Positions 57,691-64,000 of a DNA stretch of 64,000 nucleotides are shown piece by piece (position 1 is the stretch's first letter; every line of letters begins with the position of its first letter). A program made the translations under genes and the position numbers. Origin of the DNA: Dehalococcoidia bacterium (GTDB taxonomy: Bacteria; Chloroflexota; Dehalococcoidia; Lucifugimonadales; CBDFII01); NCBI GenBank assembly GCA_965248115.1, contig CBDFII010000005.1, positions 275,123-339,122 of the forward strand. Reading direction: 5' to 3'. Under the pieces are notes generated by a model that was not told where the DNA came from, did not search any database, and worked only from the letters and a program-made list of their open reading frames with translations.

Positions 57691-58205
57691 GCAATCTTCT
57701 CCCGGGCCGACAGGGTCGAGAGGGCGGCGGAGCCCCTGGTGGGTGCACCGGTGGGTACCCGATCCTGGGACTTTTGAGCCTCCAGTTGATTCCTCACTCG
57801 CTCCACCATCTGTTTTGCACTAGCAAAGGACTCATCCACCTCAGATAGCGTCTCGCCCTGTACAAGCTCCTCGGGGACCTCTGGAGCAGAGGATAAAAGA
57901 AGGCTGCGGTACTGGTTGACGGCCTGTGCCACTTCCTGCCGAAGAGCCTCTGCCTCCTCCTCCCGCTGCGCCAGGCTGGTCTCAAGCTGTTGGTTAATAC
58001 CCTCCAGCTCGCTAACGCGCTGGGACTGGAGGATCATGGCGACCTCCATCTCCTCGATACGAGCCTCCCCCTGGGCCTGAGCCTCCTCCACAAGGGAGGG
58101 CACCTCGGCCTCAGGGGCCTCCTCGGGAGCTTCGGATTCCTGGGAGGACTCTTCATCGCCGCTGTTGTGTTCCTCTTCCACAGTCTCCATCTCTTTTACA
58201 TCCAT
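57669..58205 (-). CDS. Putative capsid scaffolding protein
   Basis: Acidic N-terminus, long coiled coil, C-terminal LSAREKIAYAL helix; directly downstream of the portal. Confidence 0.65.
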   Translation of the reverse strand: MDVKEMETVEEEHNSGDEESSQESEAPEEAPEAEVPSLVEEAQAQGEARIEEMEVAMILQSQRVSELEGINQQLETSLAQREEEAEALRQEVAQAVNQYRSLLLSSAPEVPEELVQGETLSEVDESFASAKQMVERVRNQLEAQKSQDRVPTGAPTRGSAALSTLSAREKIAYALARR

Positions 58206-58235
58206 AAAGTCATCCTCTCTTTCAAGGTCTTTTTA

Positions 58236-59601
58236 TCAGCTGGCTCCATTAGTACTTAAAGGTCTGGCACTAATCTGCCCCTCTTCGCCAATTCTCCCAA
58301 GCTCCATCTCGGGGTCCTCGATGCCCAGGTTATCCATGGCCCGCCGGCGGCTGTGGAGCCCCATCTCCACCAGAGTCCGCTCCTGCTGTACCAGACGGCT
58401 GACGTCCTGGGGCAGGATTGGGCCCCAGATGATGCGGATGCGCAGGGGGCCGTAGCTCACCCCTGTCCGCTGCTCCAAGATGCGCAAAATCATCTTGATG
58501 CGGTCACGGTAAACCCGGGAACGGGTCCGCCGCTTTCTCTGTATCCGCTGGAGCAGGGGGTGCATCTCCATCTCTAGAGCCACCCCTGAGAGACTGCGAG
58601 GGTTGTCTCCAAAGCTAATCTTGGGCGCCTCAGAGAGGTCGTGGATGATCTTAGCGAGGATATTAATGTAGTCGGTGTGCAGCTTCACCCCGCCACCCTG
58701 GAGCAGGTCTAAAAGATAAGCGCGAGCCTTTTCAGGAAGCTCCCACACTGCTCCAGGTTCTACAGCTATATCCCGTGCCTCCTCCACTCCCTCCAGAACG
58801 GCAATGGGGTTCCCCGAAAGCTCCAGGATGGTGGAGAGTTGAGAGATGGCCCGGTTTAGCTCCCGGCTGGGCTCAATCAATATGGGAATATCACTGGTGC
58901 CCCAGAACTTTTTGGGCTCCCGCAGGTTGGGAAAGATGATGAAAGGTATAAATCCGTAAGGATTAAGCCTCTCATCCAGCAACACATCGTCGGCCCATAG
59001 CTGGAAGAGCTGCCGGCGTCCAGCCCTCTACTACCGTGACCTCTTGTCGGGGATGGGCTGGGTTAATACCGTAGAGGGTCTCAGCCGCTTCTGCCGAAAG
59101 GACGTACCGGCTGGCCACCCGCCACACCTGCGACGGATCGTCGCCCACCCACCAGGCGTAGATGCCCTGAACATCGGGAGAGGTAATCCGCACCCTCTCT
59201 TCTTGGGGGTCCCAGGTCAGCTTGTAACAGCCATCTCCCAGGATGGCCGTATCCAGCTCAGTCTCGAAATCCAACTCCTCAAGACCATTGGCCTCGTATA
59301 CTTGGCGAACAGCCCTTTCTGATTCCCGCGCTCTCTCCTCCCGGGACCCTCCATCTAATGGGTCCAGGGGCTCGATGGAGAAGGATGTGCCAGAGACCAG
59401 GTAAGAGGTGAGCTTCTCCACCAATAGCTTGGCGTAGTTGAATGTGAGACGCCTTTCCCCTCTACGTGGCGTCCCCTGCCACTGGACTCCGCCATAAAAT
59501 TCCAGGTTCTCTCGGTAGGCTCTCTGTCTATCCAGGTCCAGGCGGGTGAGCTGTTGGGGAAGACTCAGGGTATCGGTAGAGGGAATGTTGAGAGTGGTCA
59601 T
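58236..59601 (-). pseudogene. Phage portal protein, split by a frameshift near 59010-59017
   Basis: TFNYAK..AILGDG (ORF1) and NPYGFIPF..FPN..WGTSD..SGVAL (ORF2); removing one base gives ..WTPQLFQLWADDVLLDE.. Confidence 0.8.
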
Positions 59602-59876
59602 GCCGCTGCCCTCCGGAGGATGCGGAAGATAGTACGCTGGCTCAGTGCGAAGCGCGCAGCCAATTGGGGCACGGGCAATCCCTCGGTCTGCTGCACCTTT
59701 AGCACCTCCTGATCCCTTCGGCTGCGTATCTCTCGCTGGTACCAGGATGGGTCGTCATACTTGCATTGGGGTAAGGGGCATTTGAGACAGGAAGGGGACA
59801 CTTCGCATCCGTCATCGCGAAAGTGGTAGTACTCCGGGTAGGTATCCAGCATCACGCTTCCCCTCTGTCTTACCAT
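59598..59876 (-). CDS. Cys-cluster + C-terminal HTH (Mor-like) regulator
   Basis: CEVSPSCLKCPLPQC then LAARFALSQRTIFRIL; stop overlaps portal start (ATGA). Confidence 0.78.
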   Translation of the reverse strand: MVRQRGSVMLDTYPEYYHFRDDGCEVSPSCLKCPLPQCKYDDPSWYQREIRSRRDQEVLKVQQTEGLPVPQLAARFALSQRTIFRILRRAAA

Positions 59877-59904
59877 AGTCTCCTCTCCACCCATTGTTCT
59901 GCCG

Positions 59905-59934
59905 AGTATAGAACATATATTCTAATAGAGTCAA
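59905..59934 (-). promoter_or_regulatory. Sigma70 promoter with LexA-type box in the spacer
   Basis: Minus strand TTGACT-18 nt-TATACT; AGAACATATATTCT at 59910-59923. Confidence 0.75.
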
Positions 59935-59977
59935 GGCAATGATGACATTCCTAATCCTTCACTACCCTCTATCACAT

Positions 59978-60006
59978 TTGACGCCCCAGAGGCCCGCTGC
60001 TATATT
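59978..60006 (+). promoter_or_regulatory. Sigma70 promoter of the GTPase gene
   Basis: TTGACG-17 nt-TATATT with TG extension. Confidence 0.55.
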
Positions 60007-60071
60007 TTGAATAGACGTACCCTCACAATGCCACGGCATATCCAACAAGGGAAAGAACGAAGAGGCTGAGG

Positions 60072-61058
60072 ATGCCGGCTAATCTGCCTGCCCAGTACTA
60101 CGTAATCGAGGAGAGGTACAGGCGGGAGAAGAGCGTCCCCGCCAAAGTGGCCGCCCTTCAAGAGATGCTGGCCGTCATGCCCAAACACAAGGGCACCGAC
60201 CACCTCAAGGCCGACCTTCGAGCTAAGATCGCTCGCCTTCTCGAGGAACTGGAACGCCCCAAGACTACAAGCAGTGGCCCCCAACCCTTCGCCCTTCGGC
60301 GGGAAGGTATAGGCCAGGCGGTGCTCGTGGGCCTGGCTAACTCCGGCAAGTCTCAGCTAATAGCCAGCTTTACCAGCGCCCCTACCAAGGTGGGCGACTA
60401 CCCCTTTACTACCCAGGTGCCCCAGCCCGGTATGATCTCCTTCGAAAACGTACAGATTCAGCTAGTGGATACTCCCGCCATCAACGACCGGGAGATGCAG
60501 ACCCGCCTCTTCAGCCTACTGAGGCAAGCCGACCTTCTGGTCATCGTCATAGACCTCTCTCAGGAACCTCTTGCCCAGGCCAAGGAGGTCTTTGATGAGC
60601 TGGAGCGGTGGGGCTATATTTTGCTGGGTAAGGACGAAGGACCTAATCCAGAGGAGCCACGGGTTCAAAAGAGCGTTATCATGGTGGGCACCAAGGCTGA
60701 CGAAGAGGGCGCTCTGCAAGGTTTCAAGCAGCTGGAGGCCGCCTACAGCCACCAATTCCTCGCCGTGATGATTTCTCCCCTTGAGGAGTTGGGCGAGGAA
60801 GAGCTCAAATGCGCCATCTTCCAGGCCCTGAAACGAGTGCGGGTGTACACTAAGGCCCCTGGTGGCCAGCCCGACTTCCATGAGCCCATCGTTCTACCCC
60901 AGGGAAGCAAGCTCGTGGATGCCGCACAGTCCCTTCATAAGGAGTGGCGCTCAAGACTGAAGTATGCCCTTCTGTGGGGATCAGCAAGGTTCGACGGCCA
61001 GCGGGTTGGGCGTGACTACGTCCTCTCTGACGGCGACGTAATCGAGTTCCGCGGCTGA
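60072..61058 (+). CDS. DRG/Obg-family GTPase with TGS domain
   Basis: MPANL, PKHKGT, GLANSGKS, YPFTT, DTPA, RVYTK, GQRVG..L.DGD. Confidence 0.9.
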   Translation: MPANLPAQYYVIEERYRREKSVPAKVAALQEMLAVMPKHKGTDHLKADLRAKIARLLEELERPKTTSSGPQPFALRREGIGQAVLVGLANSGKSQLIASFTSAPTKVGDYPFTTQVPQPGMISFENVQIQLVDTPAINDREMQTRLFSLLRQADLLVIVIDLSQEPLAQAKEVFDELERWGYILLGKDEGPNPEEPRVQKSVIMVGTKADEEGALQGFKQLEAAYSHQFLAVMISPLEELGEEELKCAIFQALKRVRVYTKAPGGQPDFHEPIVLPQGSKLVDAAQSLHKEWRSRLKYALLWGSARFDGQRVGRDYVLSDGDVIEFRG

Positions 61059-61107
61059 CAAGCCGGCTGGTGCCCCAGATAAAGAGCTGAACCTGCATTG
61101 ACACCAC

Positions 61108-61614
61108 ATGGAGAGCAAAGTGCCCAAGGTAGAAGCCGACACTCACATTCCCCTTCCTCCCGACCAACTCTGGGAGTTGATGCGCGACCTAACACTCAGA
61201 CCACGTTGGGACCTGACCGTACGAGAGGTGGTGCGCGACGATGGAGCTGTGCCTGGCACCACGACCCGCCTGTACTACGTAGCGCCCCTCCCTCTGCGTC
61301 TCCGGTGGAGATGGGAGGGAGAGTACGTCTCCTTTCAGGCACCGCATACAACCTCAGTCAGGATGGTCCGCGGTTCCCTTTTTAGGCCATTCAGGAGTTT
61401 GGTGGGCACATGGCTGCTTCGCTCCGAGGGGGACGGGACCCTGTTGAAAATGGTGGTGAGTTTTGAACCAAGGTTCACCTTCCCTTTCTTGGGGCCATTG
61501 ATGATTCGATCCGTGAGGATGCTTCTGCACAAGAGTCTTTACCGTCTTCGCTTGTTGGCCGTTCAGTGGGCGGAGAACGGGCACGCTGACCAAAAGGGAG
61601 AGTCCGATGTGTAG
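61108..61614 (+). CDS. SRPBCC/START (polyketide cyclase-like) protein
   Basis: LPPDQLWELMRD..RWD pattern. Confidence 0.72.
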   Translation: MESKVPKVEADTHIPLPPDQLWELMRDLTLRPRWDLTVREVVRDDGAVPGTTTRLYYVAPLPLRLRWRWEGEYVSFQAPHTTSVRMVRGSLFRPFRSLVGTWLLRSEGDGTLLKMVVSFEPRFTFPFLGPLMIRSVRMLLHKSLYRLRLLAVQWAENGHADQKGESDV

Positions 61615-62323
61615 CTTGACTGGATCCATTGATTCTCTGGAGGAGCTAAACAGTGAGATCATTGCCTGTACTAGGTGCCCTCGTCTGGTGGAGCACAGGC
61701 AAAAGGTGGCTTCCATCAAACGACGGATGTATATGGACTGGGAGTACTGGGGGCGACCTATTACCGGCTTCGGCGACCCCAAAGCTCGGGTGCTAGTGGT
61801 CGGTCTAGCCCCAGCGGCCCATGGTGGAAACCGCACGGGGCGCATCTTCACAGGAGACCGCAGCGGCCAGTGGCTCTACGAAACCCTATATAAGTTTGGC
61901 TTTGCCAACAGCCCCCACTCTCTTCATCGAGATGACGGCCTAGCCCTTCACGACGTTTACATCACCGCCGCCCTCCGTTGCGCCCCGCCGGCCAACAAGC
62001 CTCTGCCCACAGAGCGGGCCAACTGCCGCCCCTACATGTTAAGAGAGCTAGCTTTGCTTAAATGTATGCGGGTAGTAGTAGCTTTGGGAAAGATCGCCTT
62101 CGATACCTATCTCACCTGTCGGAGGGAGCGTGGAGAGGCTGTTCCCTCCCCTCGGCCTAAGTTCGGCCACCGGGCATCTTGCATGCTACCTGAAGGAGTT
62201 ACGTTGCTGGCTTCCTACCACCCCAGCCAGCAGAACACCCTCACCGGGAGGCTCACACGTGAGATGTTCGAGGGGGTATTTGCCGACGTGCGCCGTGTTC
62301 TGGAAGCAAGCGACAGAGAGTGA
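61607..62323 (+). CDS. Uracil-DNA glycosylase, family 5 (UdgB-like)
   Basis: CTRCPRL, GLAPAAHGGNRTGRIFTGD, RCAPPANKP, YHPSQQNT. Confidence 0.92.
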   Translation: MCSLTGSIDSLEELNSEIIACTRCPRLVEHRQKVASIKRRMYMDWEYWGRPITGFGDPKARVLVVGLAPAAHGGNRTGRIFTGDRSGQWLYETLYKFGFANSPHSLHRDDGLALHDVYITAALRCAPPANKPLPTERANCRPYMLRELALLKCMRVVVALGKIAFDTYLTCRRERGEAVPSPRPKFGHRASCMLPEGVTLLASYHPSQQNTLTGRLTREMFEGVFADVRRVLEASDRE

Positions 62324-62366
62324 GAGGCCGAAAGGTACACGGAGAGGATGCCGTAAATATAGCCAG

Positions 62367-62954
62367 CTATTTCCCCGTTATAACCTTAATCACCTCATTG
62401 GCTGTGGTTATCGTGGCATACCTTGGGAAGATGCGCTCCAGTAGGAAGTCGTGTACTCCCAGCTCAGGCTCAACGCAGCAGTCTTCCACCAACACCACAT
62501 GATAGTCGGCGTCGGCCCCGTAGCGGACGATAGAGAGCACACAACCACTAGTGGATGTGCCAGCTAGCACCAGGGCCTCAATGCCGTTGGCTCTCAGTAT
62601 CATATCCAGATCGGTGCCAATAAAGGGGTTCACTCTGTGCTTTCCTATTACAACTTCTCCAGGCCCGGGCGCCATAGAGGGATGAATGCGTTCGGCCGGA
62701 TTGCTGACCACCATCTGGCCTGAGGATTTGATCCGGCTGAAAATCCTGTTATTCGGACTGACCTCTGGGAATCCCTCTCTAAAGACGGTTGCACAGTATA
62801 GCACCGGTATACCCACCCCTCGTGCCGCCTCCCGTAGCGCCTGGGCATTCTTTAACACGTTCCTTTCGGTAGCATGGGGAACATCGAAGGCGTGAGCGTA
62901 GTAGTCGGCGAATAGCAACGCCGTCTTCTGGGGGTGTAATGTAAAATCGGCCAT
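62367..62954 (-). CDS. Isochorismatase family cysteine hydrolase
   Basis: TALLFAD, KHRVNPF, GTSTSGCV; likely start MADF at 62954. Confidence 0.87.
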   Translation of the reverse strand: MADFTLHPQKTALLFADYYAHAFDVPHATERNVLKNAQALREAARGVGIPVLYCATVFREGFPEVSPNNRIFSRIKSSGQMVVSNPAERIHPSMAPGPGEVVIGKHRVNPFIGTDLDMILRANGIEALVLAGTSTSGCVLSIVRYGADADYHVVLVEDCCVEPELGVHDFLLERIFPRYATITTANEVIKVITGK

Positions 62955-63098
62955 CGGCTTTTCCTCCCTAGAATCTGCCATCCTTCTACAGCGCCGACAA
63001 GGATAAGCTCTGAAGGCATTGGTGGTCAAGGAAGACAAAATGTGTGTACCTAATGACTCAGGTGTATAATGGGGCAACATTTTACCAAGGAGTAGCGA

Positions 63099-64000
63099 AT
63101 GAAAGCCGTGAGAATCCACTCGTTCGGTGGCCTGGAGGTTTTGCAGTACGAAGATATACCTCGCCCAACGCCTGGAGAAGGGGAGGTGTTGGTCAAGGTG
63201 GCTTCTGCCGGGGTCAACTTTGCTGACACGATGAAACGTCAGGGCAACTATGGTAGCAAGGATCTGCCTTCCACCCTGGGGCTGGAGGGGGCGGGCACCA
63301 TCGAGGAGATCGGCAGACGTGTATTGGGTTTCTCCCCAGGCCAACGGGTCGTAGTACGCACCCCTAGTGCCGGTGGCCAGGCAGAGTACGCTGCCGTGGA
63401 TTCCTCTTACGTCTATCCCTGCCCCGATGCCATCGACTCGTTGGAAGCCGGTGGTATGAGCGTCACCTTCTTGACCGCCTACCACCTGCTTAAGTCCAAG
63501 GCAAATATCCAGGCTGGGGAGACGGTGCTGGTGCAAGCGGGTGCTTCAGGGGTGGGCACTGTCGCCATTCAGCTTGCCAAGCTGTGGGGCGCCAAAGTTA
63601 TCGCTACCGCTTCTACCGAGGACAAGCTCGATCTAACCAAGTCCCTCGGTGCCGACATCACCATTAACTACCTAACTCACGACTTTGAAGAGGAGATTAA
63701 AGGCCTGACCGATGGCGGAGGGGTGCAGGTGGTTCTGGAGTGTGTCGGTGGCGAGGTACGGGAGAAAAGCCTTCGCACCCTAGCGCCTCATGGCCGAATG
63801 GTAACCTTTGGTAACGCCAGCGGTAAGCCCTCCTCCCTGCCGGCGCCGGAGGACCTCCCAGACAACCGCACTATCATCGGCTTCAGCCTGAGCGGCTCAC
63901 CTCAGGGGGTTCTAGACCATAAGGCCGCCATGGCCGATCTCTTGGCCCTTGTAGAGGTAGGGAAGCTTCGGCTGGTGGTGGACCGCATTATGCCCATGGC
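63099..64000 (+). CDS. NADPH:quinone oxidoreductase (MDR family), runs off window end
   Basis: Manual translation MKAVRIHSFGG..AGVNFAD..GLEGAG..QAGASGVG; AAGGAG RBS. Confidence 0.9.
   Translation, partial: MKAVRIHSFGGLEVLQYEDIPRPTPGEGEVLVKVASAGVNFADTMKRQGNYGSKDLPSTLGLEGAGTIEEIGRRVLGFSPGQRVVVRTPSAGGQAEYAAVDSSYVYPCPDAIDSLEAGGMSVTFLTAYHLLKSKANIQAGETVLVQAGASGVGTVAIQLAKLWGAKVIATASTEDKLDLTKSLGADITINYLTHDFEEEIKGLTDGGGVQVVLECVGGEVREKSLRTLAPHGRMVTFGNASGKPSSLPAPEDLPDNRTIIGFSLSGSPQGVLDHKAAMADLLALVEVGKLRLVVDRIMPM

Noticed and set aside
49031-59934. Complete inducible prophage
   Set aside because: No integrase, att sites, replication, large terminase, long-tail or lysis genes are in the window, and host genes are interspersed.
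62955-63536. N-terminal 194 aa of the 389-aa ORF
   Set aside because: Mostly antisense to the quinone oxidoreductase; the hydrolase start with an RBS is at 62954.

Overview
Bacterial chromosomal window whose gene content and order fit Chloroflexota (Dehalococcoidia/SAR202-like; this is an inference). Most of it is housekeeping: argS, recG, fakAB, rpmB, rpe, argJB-UPF0182-argDGH, leuS, holB, lysA, sucCD, tmk, pdxST, an ECF sigma/anti-sigma pair and nadB. Two loci stand out. (1) At 30.8-33.0 kb, the ORF track truncates an Rdx/SelW-like selenoprotein gene (CxxU, in-frame UGA, candidate SECIS). It is present as six near-identical 314-bp tandem copies plus one diverged paralog. (2) At 49-60 kb lies a phage-head module: Cys-rich HTH regulator, portal, scaffold, TerS-like gene, major capsid, fibre-like and head-completion genes. 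No integrase, replication, long-tail or lysis genes are visible in the window. The module is split by host genes into two units, each with a LexA-type SOS box upstream, which suggests a domesticated, SOS-inducible GTA-like or capsid system. It carries three inactivating lesions. Also present are an IS1182-like element and an IS1595-family element with P63C cargo, both with resolvable ends and target duplications, and several pseudogenes. No tRNA, rRNA or CRISPR array was seen.
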